From the IMG/VR virus record IMGVR_UViG_3300006147_000025: a stretch of 50,668 bases of DNA, one strand, 5' to 3'. A program made the translations under genes and the position numbers. This document shows, piece by piece, positions 25,615-33,555 of this stretch. The DNA is from a virus. Positions within the stretch are counted from its first letter, which is position 1. Every line of letters begins with the position of its first letter. Below the pieces are notes generated by a model, which worked only from the letters and a program-made list of their open reading frames with translations, searched no databases and was not told where the DNA came from.

Positions 25615-25845
25615 AAAAGTACCCTTAAAAGTCCGTTTTCGGGTACTTTTTCGGGTACTTATTTGCTACTTTGCTGTATTACAGCGTTGTTGGCGGAGAG
25701 GACGAGTCTACGAGGTTTATTTAATATTATTTCCAACCATAGCCAAACATTAACGGTTACAGCGTTTAACGTGGTAACGCTTGTTTCATTGGGTAGGTGC
25801 ATAATCAAACATTAAACGTAAAACCGGGTACTTTTTCGGGTACTT
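25615..25845. repeat. attP-like region with repeated GGGTACTT(T) motifs
   Basis: Identical 21-mers CGGGTACTTTTTCGGGTACTT at 25640-25660 and 25825-25845, plus an inverted copy aaaagtaccc at 25615-25624. The region abuts the integrase 3' end. Confidence 0.5.
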
Positions 25846-27182
25846 CATTTTTTGCCTTCTTCGGATTTGGTACGATTGACATCGAAGGAATTAAATCGTT
25901 CCATATTTTCAGCCTTCAAAGCGTCTACTATTTTTATATACGGCTTCATTGCCTTATAGTCAGCGTGGCCCGTCCATTGCATAATAACAGGCGCGGGAAT
26001 ACCGAGCCGGAAGGCGTTAACAATAAAAGTACGTCGCCCGGCGTGGGTAGTTAATACTTCGTGCTTCGGTACAACCGCTTCCGTCCGTTGAGAACCGCAA
26101 AAAGAAACTATTCGCACAGGCGCATCAAGTCCGGCGGCTTCCGCCGCTTCGTGAAGGTTGCTGTTCATTCGTTGATTACTTAACACAGGCATAGCGGCAT
26201 CGTCCGGCAAAGGTATATTAACGTATTTGTCAAGGATAGCAAGCGCGTACTTATTTAATTCTATGTGTAGTCGTTTGGAAGTTTTTTTAGTTACCACGCT
26301 AATATAAGGTGGCACGGCTTCGCGGTAAACGTCCGATTTACGCAGTTTCGCAGCGTCGGAGTACCGAAGCCCAGTAAAGCAGCAGAAGCAGAAGGCATCG
26401 CGGACTATTTCGAAGGAGTTGTTAAAGCCGGAGAAGTCAAAATTTAGAAAGTGGTGCAATTCTTCCCATTCCAAATAAATAACTTCTTTGCAGTCCAATC
26501 CCTTAAAGCGTGGGCGATATTGAACATGGGCCAGCCCGGAATAATAGCCATTAGCAGCAGCCCAACGCAAGAACCAACGCACGAAAGCGACATTTTTAGC
26601 GACCGTGGTATTTAACTGCCCTTCCTTTGTCTGCAAGTGGGTAACAAACCCGGCGAAAGTATTTTTATCGAAGCCTTCCAACGTCAGCCGTCTATTATAC
26701 TTTTTAAGGTGGGCTTTTAGGCTTTTGAATTTGGTATAGGTTGCATGGGTCCAATTATTCGTAACCCCCATTTCCCCGGTAAATAGGTCATAGACGGCGA
26801 AGAACCCTAACGGCTTTTCTTCCGGCTTCTTTTCTTCGGGCTTCGCACGTCCGGCGGCCAAGTCGAAGGCTTCCTTAAATTCGGCGACCGAAGGCGGGCG
26901 TTTATTGTCAAGTTCAAACCGGGTAAGGACTTCTTCAATAGTGGAAGCCACAGCCATAACGCCGCGATTGATAGCCCCGGCTGTTTCGCCGTGGCTGTTC
27001 TTGTTTCCGAGCCGGACGCAACTATTAGCGTCGTCCCATTTTGCCGGGGCGATAACATAGCCGGAGCGGATATCGCACCGAAGACCGGCCCACGATACCC
27101 GAAGCCTAATACCGACTTCTTCCGTAGCCTTACCCTTATTGTTAGGCTTTATATGTAACCCTACCTTAATTTTGAACTTCAT
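25845..27182 (-). CDS. int: Tyrosine recombinase / integrase, Bacteroides phage-CTn type (445 aa)
   Basis: N-terminal arm-binding-like segment (VGIRLRVSWAGLRCDIRSGY). Catalytic HAGRRTF and GHADYKAMKPY motifs near the C terminus. Confidence 0.9.
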   Translation of the reverse strand: MKFKIKVGLHIKPNNKGKATEEVGIRLRVSWAGLRCDIRSGYVIAPAKWDDANSCVRLGNKNSHGETAGAINRGVMAVASTIEEVLTRFELDNKRPPSVAEFKEAFDLAAGRAKPEEKKPEEKPLGFFAVYDLFTGEMGVTNNWTHATYTKFKSLKAHLKKYNRRLTLEGFDKNTFAGFVTHLQTKEGQLNTTVAKNVAFVRWFLRWAAANGYYSGLAHVQYRPRFKGLDCKEVIYLEWEELHHFLNFDFSGFNNSFEIVRDAFCFCCFTGLRYSDAAKLRKSDVYREAVPPYISVVTKKTSKRLHIELNKYALAILDKYVNIPLPDDAAMPVLSNQRMNSNLHEAAEAAGLDAPVRIVSFCGSQRTEAVVPKHEVLTTHAGRRTFIVNAFRLGIPAPVIMQWTGHADYKAMKPYIKIVDALKAENMERFNSFDVNRTKSEEGKK

Positions 27183-27480
27183 AAGTAAGCATTTTTCCGC
27201 GCCCGGTAAGCAGCCACTTCGCCGAAACGGGATAGCAGGCTGTAATATAGTGGGCGGCTTCCAATTCTATGCCCTTATAGCGGGGCTTGTAGTCCGGCTT
27301 CGGGGTAACGCCATAGCCTAACCGAAGTTCCCGATACTTCGGCGCACTAAGCCCGTATTCATTGCAGAACGACTCAAGCGACGCAACCTTATTTAATTCT
27401 ACAAGACGTTCCAACGCCAAGAAGAAACGGCGGCTTATTTCTTCCTTAATGGGCCAGGATGTATTAACTACGCGGGGCAT
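27166..27480 (-). CDS. Small DNA-binding protein with a WLLTGRG motif (104 aa); possible excision or regulatory factor
   Basis: C-terminal ...AKWLLTGRGKML is typical of phage HTH regulators. Overlaps the integrase start by 17 nt. Confidence 0.45.
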   Translation of the reverse strand: MPRVVNTSWPIKEEISRRFFLALERLVELNKVASLESFCNEYGLSAPKYRELRLGYGVTPKPDYKPRYKGIELEAAHYITACYPVSAKWLLTGRGKMLTYEVQN

Positions 27481-27647
27481 AGTCCGGCGGCTTTGGCGTT
27501 GTCAACAATAGCGAAGTAGTCCGCTTCCGATATAACAATAGTTTCCCGACCGTCCAAGTACGCTGCTTCCAAAGCGTCGAAGACGTGGCGAGGGATAAAC
27601 GGGTAGTAAGCCCGGTTAGAATAATAGGTATTTATAGCGATTTCCAT
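27468..27647 (-). CDS. Small hypothetical protein (59 aa), below the ORF-track cut-off
   Basis: Translated by hand: MEIAINTYYSNRAYYPFIPRHVFDALEAAYLDGRETIVISEADYFAIVDNAKAAGLCPA. Overlaps the next gene by 13 nt. Confidence 0.35.
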   Translation of the reverse strand: MEIAINTYYSNRAYYPFIPRHVFDALEAAYLDGRETIVISEADYFAIVDNAKAAGLCPA

Positions 27648-27872
27648 ATAGCTGAGTTATTTTTCCCGAATTTTGCGTTTACGGCACTTTACGCCCCAAA
27701 TGGTAGGAATTACCACCCCGAAGAAAACGGCGCGAAAATGGGGCGTTTCTGTGCGTTCTACGGCGTATCACTTTACTACGGCACTTATGCCGCTACTTAC
27801 CTGTATTTCTCGGCTTTATATATAATAAGGTATAGCCAAAATTTCAGTATAAAGGAACGGTACGCCCAAGGA

Positions 27873-28280
27873 CTACCCGACAGCGGCAGAGGTTGCAGTG
27901 TCGCCCCGGTGGACATCCGCTTTTTTAGTAAGTTCGGTTAGCCGTTCGATAGTCCGCTGTTGACTTTCGATTATAGAGAGAAGGCGGGCTTTTTCTTCGC
28001 GGGCATCTTCCAAAAGTTTAAGAAGAATTTCGGAAGGTGCCGCTTCGGGGGCTTCCGGCTTTTCTTCGGGTAGGAGCATTTCGCCCTCGCCCATCATTAG
28101 CCACAGCGGATTAAGGCGCGGGAATTGTATGGTAATTTGTTGTAGAGTGTCCGGCATTATAGACTTACGAATACTTTGTATATAGGCAGACCCCACGCCG
28201 ACGCGCCTACAAAATTCGCGTTCGCTGATACCTACAAACTTTATAAAGTCTTTAAGTCGCTCTTTTACTGTTCCTTCCAT
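27873..28280 (-). CDS. CI-like repressor: XRE-type HTH with a C-terminal coiled coil (135 aa)
   Basis: ERLKDFIKFVGISEREFCRRVGVGSAYIQSIR ... NPLWLMMGEGEML. Divergent from the early operon. Confidence 0.7.
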   Translation of the reverse strand: MEGTVKERLKDFIKFVGISEREFCRRVGVGSAYIQSIRKSIMPDTLQQITIQFPRLNPLWLMMGEGEMLLPEEKPEAPEAAPSEILLKLLEDAREEKARLLSIIESQQRTIERLTELTKKADVHRGDTATSAAVG

Positions 28281-28326
28281 TGCATTGAAGGGATTAAATG
28301 TTAAACAATCTTAAAAACACGTCCTT

Positions 28327-28401
28327 TGTATGGCAAACACTTGCATCGTGTATGGCAAAGCATTAACTTTGCACCGTGTTAGTAATTCAGTTGCAAAGTT
28401 A
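28327..28401. promoter_or_regulatory. Lysogeny switch region: tandem TGTATGGCAAA repeats and two face-to-face TAACTTTGCA boxes
   Basis: Repeats at 28327-28337 and 28349-28359 (22-bp period). TAACTTTGCA at 28364-28373 (+) and its exact inverse TGCAAAGTTA at 28392-28401. Confidence 0.5.
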
Positions 28402-28452
28402 GCGAAAATTACAGCACGAAGCAATAACAAAAATTACTTAAATTTCAGTTAT

Positions 28453-28677
28453 ATGGACTACACGACAGCGCAGATTAACAGAAACTTCCTAATTAAAGTT
28501 AGCGGAGTGAACGGCGAAGGGAAGCGGTTAAATACCCTCGTCGGAGTAAGCGGGCTTCTTCGTCTTATTGGCGAAAAATTAGCCAACAACCTACTAACCC
28601 GCGCCTTTAAGTGTATGCTTGATAAGTGCGTATGCAAACTTCGTCGCGGGCTTAAAATTACATTCTACTACAAATAA
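28453..28677 (+). CDS. First early-operon protein (Cro position, 74 aa)
   Basis: ATG 28453 preferred to ATG 28330, because the stretch between them contains the promoter boxes and is AT-rich and leader-like. The start remains uncertain. Confidence 0.4.
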   Translation: MDYTTAQINRNFLIKVSGVNGEGKRLNTLVGVSGLLRLIGEKLANNLLTRAFKCMLDKCVCKLRRGLKITFYYK

Positions 28678-28689
28678 GCATACAAGTAT

Positions 28690-28917
28690 ATGGCAAATAA
28701 AACTATTAAGGCTAAGGCAGTCGTAAAAGTGCTTACCGACTTCGGCTATTGGTGCCTGGCAGAGATACGCGGACTTAAAGAAGGCACAATATTAGAAGGC
28801 CGGTTTAACCCCAAAAACAAAGCCTTTGATTTTTCCTACAACGGGCAAGACGCAATGCTGTGGATAGGACAAAACGGCGAACTAATAGAAGACGAAACAA
28901 CTAACACCATACAATAA
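28690..28917 (+). CDS. Hypothetical protein (75 aa)
   Basis: ATG ORF in the early operon. Confidence 0.5.
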   Translation: MANKTIKAKAVVKVLTDFGYWCLAEIRGLKEGTILEGRFNPKNKAFDFSYNGQDAMLWIGQNGELIEDETTNTIQ

Positions 28918-29141
28918 TGAGCATGAACGACAACCGGGGCTGTAGTGTTTGCCCCGCCGGAAGCGAGAACTACGAAGTATTCACTACCCGCCTACGCGGA
29001 AAGCGAGTTAAGCGCGTCCAATACGACTACCGCACCCCGGACGGGGAACTATTCGCTACCGTGGCTTCGTCCTTGATTGAGTGCCGCCACCGCCGCGATG
29101 AGTGGTTAGAGAAGCGACAGGCAAACGCGGGTAAGGGTTAA
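28917..29141 (+). CDS. Small Cys-containing protein (74 aa), resembling small conserved proteins of Bacteroides mobile elements
   Basis: CSVCPAG...VQYDYRTPDGELFATVASSLIECRHRRDEWL. The family assignment is from memory only (possibly DUF3873-like). Confidence 0.4.
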   Translation: MSMNDNRGCSVCPAGSENYEVFTTRLRGKRVKRVQYDYRTPDGELFATVASSLIECRHRRDEWLEKRQANAGKG

Positions 29142-29339
29142 TTTTCTTGATAGCCGTATCAAGTTAATACGGAGCAACCACAACTATATAACAAGCCAAC
29201 GGAGAAAGAATCCCTTTCGTGAAGGCTATAAACCGTTGACAACCGGGAACAGGCCGGAGCGCGGACGCGGCGAAAGCGGGCGTAGGAAGTTCGAGCCTTC
29301 CTCCGCGCACTAAATTCTAACCGCTTAATAATTCAAAAT

Positions 29340-29582
29340 ATGACATTGACAGCGACAAAAGCAGCCTTCCGAGGCTTCCGAAACGGACTTAAACAAGTAA
29401 AGATGGGCGACTACGAAGCCTGTATAGCCGACCTTTGGGCGGCATTGGGAATCAATAACCGCAATTCCTTCTATTGCTACCGCGACGGCAAGCAGGAACC
29501 AAAGGCAAGCCAAGCCGTAGCAGTTACGGAAGTATTCGCCAAGTATGGAGTAACCGAAAATATTTGGGGGATATGCGACTAA
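29340..29582 (+). CDS. Hypothetical protein (80 aa)
   Basis: ATG ORF after a 198-nt structured intergenic region. Confidence 0.5.
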   Translation: MTLTATKAAFRGFRNGLKQVKMGDYEACIADLWAALGINNRNSFYCYRDGKQEPKASQAVAVTEVFAKYGVTENIWGICD

Positions 29583-29980
29583 AAGCAGAGCTTACCCGAC
29601 GGGAAGGCGAGGTAGCCGAGTTGTTGGCGTGGGGAGCGAGTAAGAAAGAAGTAGCCGAAAGGCTCTTTATTTCAGCCCGAACCGTAGAGAACACCGCCCG
29701 CAACATATACGCCAAGATAGGCATCCAAAAGGCTACGGAACTTTGCGTTTGGTGGTTTTGCACGAAGTGCGGCGTTCCCGTGGATTTAGACCCGCTTAAA
29801 CGCGCCTTCATAGCGACAGCCCTGCTGTTGGTTATGGGCTTCCACGAATACAACGGCAATAACGACGACAACTATTTGTTACGCGGGACCAGACCGACAA
29901 CGGCACGGACAGCAAGAACGCTCCGCCGGGCAAAGGACGAGAACGAAAATATTACCCCCTTCAACAACCTGATAGCATGA
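29573..29980 (+). CDS. LuxR/GerE-type HTH regulator with a C-terminal hydrophobic segment (135 aa)
   Basis: LTRREGEVAELLAWGASKKEVAERLFISARTVENTARNIYAKIG, followed by AFIATALLLVMGF. Start taken at ATG 29573. Confidence 0.65.
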   Translation: MRLKAELTRREGEVAELLAWGASKKEVAERLFISARTVENTARNIYAKIGIQKATELCVWWFCTKCGVPVDLDPLKRAFIATALLLVMGFHEYNGNNDDNYLLRGTRPTTARTARTLRRAKDENENITPFNNLIA

Positions 29981-30228
29981 CAAGCGAGGAACTGAAAACA
30001 AAGATATTCGGCAAGACCGAAACCGGGGAACGCTACACGTTCCGGCAGTGGCTAATTTTCGTATGGTTCGCCCTGTCGCTATTCCTTCTTTGCGCGGCCG
30101 CCGACGACGCAAGTATAACTGTCTTATTGGTTCTATTCGCCAACTTCGCCGCTTCCGCCCATTACATTAACAAACTTCCGCTTCCCGAAGACCCTGAAAA
30201 ATACTTAGACGACGATGAAGAAGATTAA
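29977..30228 (+). CDS. Small membrane protein with two TM helices (83 aa)
   Basis: WLIFVWFALSLFLLCAAA and VLLVLFANFAASAHYI. ATGA overlap with the upstream gene. Confidence 0.55.
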   Translation: MTSEELKTKIFGKTETGERYTFRQWLIFVWFALSLFLLCAAADDASITVLLVLFANFAASAHYINKLPLPEDPEKYLDDDEED

Positions 30229-30508
30229 CCCCGACACCCGAATAATAGACCTTACCGTAGGCCAACTTTTGGATACAGTCGAAGACCGAGTAAGAGCGGT
30301 TTTGGCAAACAAGCCAACAAAACAGGAAGGCGAACGCCGCTACGTCTACGGCCTTAAAGGTTTGGCGAAACTATTAGGGTGCAGCAAAACGACCGCAAGC
30401 CGTATCAAGACTTCCGGGAAGATTGACAAAGCAATAACCCAAATAGGCGCACTTCTGATTATTGACGCGGATTTAGCCTTAGAGTTAGCCGGAAACAAAG
30501 AAAAGTAA
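30215..30508 (+). CDS. HTH DNA-binding protein, excisionase/MerR-like (97 aa)
   Basis: YVYGLKGLAKLLGCSKTTASRIKTSGKIDKAI. Confidence 0.5.
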   Translation: MKKINPDTRIIDLTVGQLLDTVEDRVRAVLANKPTKQEGERRYVYGLKGLAKLLGCSKTTASRIKTSGKIDKAITQIGALLIIDADLALELAGNKEK

Positions 30509-30532
30509 CAACACTAAATAATTAACAGCTAT

Positions 30533-32638
30533 ATGAGCAGACAAGTAACACTAAAACGCCTTACCCTTGTAAACTTTAAGGGTTTGCGAAACGTAGTCGT
30601 AGAGTTCGGCGACGGCGTTACGACCATAAGCGGACGTAACGGAACCGGGAAGACCACAATAGCGGACTCCTTCGCGTGGCTTCTTTGGGGCAAAGACAGC
30701 GAAGGAAACTCCGACTCCAAATTTGGGATAAAGACCAACGATGCGGAAGGTAACTTTATTCCCGACCTTGAACACGGAGCAACCGGGCTTTTCGACGTGG
30801 TAGACACCGAAACCGGGGAAGCGTCAAGCGTGGAACTTCGCCGCGTCTATGTCGAGGAGTGGAAGACCCCCAAAGGAAGCACCGAGCGCACCCTGTCCGG
30901 GCACCATACCGACTACTTCTTTAACGGCGTACCCTTGAAGAAGGCAGAATACGACGCAAAGGTAGCCGCAATAATTCCCGAAGACCTCTTTAAGGTCATT
31001 ACGGATCCGTACTACTTCCTTACGCTTCATTGGAAGGCACAACGCGAATACTTGCTTACGATGGCGGGCAAGATTAACGACGCGGACGTAGCAGCCACCC
31101 GCGAAGAATTTGCCGCCCTTCTGCACCGGGTAACAGGCAAGACGATGGAAGAATACAAAAAGGAAATTTCGGTACGTCGTGGCAGAATTGAAGCGCAGTT
31201 AGATAAGATACCGACCCGCAAAGACGAAGCCACCCGAAACACCCCGGTAGCCCCGGACTACGCCGCCCTTGAAAGCGAGAAGGCGCAGATACAGGAAGAC
31301 CTCGCCAACATTGACGCGGCGGCAACTTCCGAAGCAGAAGCCAACCGCGTAGCCTACGAACAGGCGGCAAAGATACAGGCGGAAATCAACACTAAGCGCG
31401 ACGCACAGGCTAAGGCATTACAGGACGCGAAGGAAGCAGCCCGCGCAGCAGCTTACGAAACCAACCGCGTAGCCGACGAAGCCGCCCGCGACCTCGCCCA
31501 AATACAGCGCGACGAGGAAAGCGAAAACAAATATTACAGCCGGGAGAAGTCAGTAATTACGGCTTCCATAGCCACTGCCAAACGCCGTAAAGAGGGCTAC
31601 GAAGCCCAAGTAGCCGACCTTCGCAAGCGTTGGGAAGCCGTGAATAACGAACAATTCCAAGAACAGCAAGCCCCGACCGCCGGCCCGCTTATTTGCCCGG
31701 TATTCGGTCATCAGTGCGCCGACCCCGGAGCAGCCAACCGCCATCAGTGCGACGCAGCCGCAGCCCTTGAATCCTTCCGCAAGAACCAAGACACCGCCCG
31801 CGCCGCCTTCATTGCCAACCAAACCGCCCGACTTGACAAGATGGACGCGGAAGGCCAGGAACTAAACAGGCTTATAGCGGCACAGGACGCGGAAATAAAA
31901 CGCCTTGAAGCGGAAGCCGTCGCCCTTGATACCAAGCACAACGCCGCCGTACAGGACTACGCCACAAAGAAGGCGACCTATAACAACACCATAGCCGCCA
32001 ACCCCCGCGTAAGCACCGACCCGCAAATAGACCCGCAGACGCTCCCGACGTGGGTAGCACTTCAAAAGGAGATAGACCAACTTAACGCCCGCCGTGCAGC
32101 CGTGACAGCTCCGACAACACAGGACGCCGCCGCAGAGCGTCAGCTGAGCCGGGCGACCCTTCGCGCCCTCCTTTCCGAGATAGACCAAAAACTCGGACTT
32201 CGCGCCACCATTAAAGCCGCCGAAGCCCGTATAGTGGAACTTGATAAGGAAGCCGCTACGTTGGCACAGGAAAAGGCAACACTTCAAACCGAAGAAGCCC
32301 TAATAGACGACTTCGTAAGATGTCGTATGGAAGAAGTAGAACGCCGTGTAAACGGATTGTTCGACGGCGTGGAGTTCCGAATGTATAAGACGCTTGTAAA
32401 CGGCGAAAAAGAGCCGGACTGCGTGGCCTACATTGGCGGGGTACGATACCAAGACAAGAACCACGCCGGGCAGATTAACGCCGGATTAGCCGTGATTAAC
32501 GCCCTTTGTGCCTTCCACGGAGTAACCGCCCCTATAATTGTCGATAACGCCGAGAGTGTAAACGACTTCATCCCCGTAAAAAGCCAATTAGTCCGGCTTG
32601 TAGTCACTACGGGGGAGTTCCAAGTAACAAACCACTAA
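30533..32638 (+). CDS. SbcC/Rad50-like AAA ATPase with a long central coiled coil (701 aa)
   Basis: N-terminal LTLVNFKGLRN...ISGRNGTGKTTIADSF (Walker A). Ala/Gln/Glu-rich coil with a central C-x6-C at 31694-31717. C-terminal IIVDNAESV (Walker B / D-loop like). Confidence 0.7.
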   Translation: MSRQVTLKRLTLVNFKGLRNVVVEFGDGVTTISGRNGTGKTTIADSFAWLLWGKDSEGNSDSKFGIKTNDAEGNFIPDLEHGATGLFDVVDTETGEASSVELRRVYVEEWKTPKGSTERTLSGHHTDYFFNGVPLKKAEYDAKVAAIIPEDLFKVITDPYYFLTLHWKAQREYLLTMAGKINDADVAATREEFAALLHRVTGKTMEEYKKEISVRRGRIEAQLDKIPTRKDEATRNTPVAPDYAALESEKAQIQEDLANIDAAATSEAEANRVAYEQAAKIQAEINTKRDAQAKALQDAKEAARAAAYETNRVADEAARDLAQIQRDEESENKYYSREKSVITASIATAKRRKEGYEAQVADLRKRWEAVNNEQFQEQQAPTAGPLICPVFGHQCADPGAANRHQCDAAAALESFRKNQDTARAAFIANQTARLDKMDAEGQELNRLIAAQDAEIKRLEAEAVALDTKHNAAVQDYATKKATYNNTIAANPRVSTDPQIDPQTLPTWVALQKEIDQLNARRAAVTAPTTQDAAAERQLSRATLRALLSEIDQKLGLRATIKAAEARIVELDKEAATLAQEKATLQTEEALIDDFVRCRMEEVERRVNGLFDGVEFRMYKTLVNGEKEPDCVAYIGGVRYQDKNHAGQINAGLAVINALCAFHGVTAPIIVDNAESVNDFIPVKSQLVRLVVTTGEFQVTNH

Positions 32639-32652
32639 AAAATATTCCGACC

Positions 32653-33555
32653 ATGTGCAAGACCCCGGAACTTCCGGCTACCATAGTAGCCGCAAAAGAA
32701 AAATTTGAAGTTGCATTACGCGACGCTTCGGCGATAGACATCGTAAACAACTTCGGCGCAGCCTTCAACGCCGCGAAAGTAATAACCCTTCTACGCGAAG
32801 CCCTTACCGAAGAAGTGATGGAAAAGGTATTTATGCCTTTGATGAACACAAAAGTAGGCTTTCGCACCGACCGCGACGGCAAGCCCGACAAGAACGGACG
32901 AGTAAAGCCGCCCTACGAAGTGGCTACCGTCCGCGAAGCGATAATAGATGCCGCAATAATTGGGCTTCTTCCTACCGGGAACCAGTTCAACATCATCAGC
33001 GGCACGATGTACCCCACGAAAGAAGGCTATACCGCCCTTCTAAAAAAGATTGGAGCGAAATACATTATCGACGTTCAACAGGACACAAGCCAAAACCCTG
33101 CCTACGCCGTATTCCCGTGCAAAGTAACGTATTCCTTTAACGGCGATAAAAATAGCCTTACGGTTCAAGCCACCGTCCGCCGCGACCAATACAGCAGCAA
33201 CGACCAACTACGCGGAAAAGCGGAACGCCGCGCCAAGAAAGCCCTATACGAATACCTTACGGGAACAGACTACGGCGACGCGGACGAAACGAGCAGCCGC
33301 CCCAACATGGTAGTAGATACCGTGGCTGTCGAGATAAAGGAGCAGGCCAACACCGGCCCCGCTATTGGCTTCGACGACGCGGAAACGGTAATGGCCGAAG
33401 AAGTCCACGCCCCGGCACAGGCAGAACCCGCGCCGCAGACATACGCCGCCCCGGTTCAGACACAAGCAGCTCCGGCACCCCAACCACAGGCACAGCCCCA
33501 GGCCGACCCACAACCGGCCCCGGCTTATAATACACCAAGAAAGCCCAATTTCTAA
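32653..33555 (+). CDS. Putative single-strand annealing / recombination protein with a P/Q/A-rich tail (300 aa)
   Basis: Assignment rests on position between the SbcC-like ATPase and the MBL nuclease. Low-complexity C terminus. Confidence 0.35.
   Translation: MCKTPELPATIVAAKEKFEVALRDASAIDIVNNFGAAFNAAKVITLLREALTEEVMEKVFMPLMNTKVGFRTDRDGKPDKNGRVKPPYEVATVREAIIDAAIIGLLPTGNQFNIISGTMYPTKEGYTALLKKIGAKYIIDVQQDTSQNPAYAVFPCKVTYSFNGDKNSLTVQATVRRDQYSSNDQLRGKAERRAKKALYEYLTGTDYGDADETSSRPNMVVDTVAVEIKEQANTGPAIGFDDAETVMAEEVHAPAQAEPAPQTYAAPVQTQAAPAPQPQAQPQADPQPAPAYNTPRKPNF

Noticed and set aside
25661-25824. tRNA gene or tRNA 3' fragment as the attP core
   Set aside because: No T-loop (GGTTCGAATCC-like) or acceptor-stem pattern could be recognised by eye, so the core sequence is left undefined.
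27585-27941. 118-aa plus-strand ORF spanning the repressor-integrase gap
   Set aside because: It overlaps the 3' end of the repressor gene and the small minus-strand ORF, has a non-ATG start in the track and low-complexity composition, and runs against the local transcription direction.
28330-28677. Longer 115-aa version of the first early gene starting at ATG 28330
   Set aside because: The extra 41 codons would cover both TAACTTTGCA boxes and an AT-rich leader-like stretch, so the shorter start at 28453 was preferred. This is not excluded: ATGGCAAA is also the start context of several real genes here (24359, 28690, 44744).
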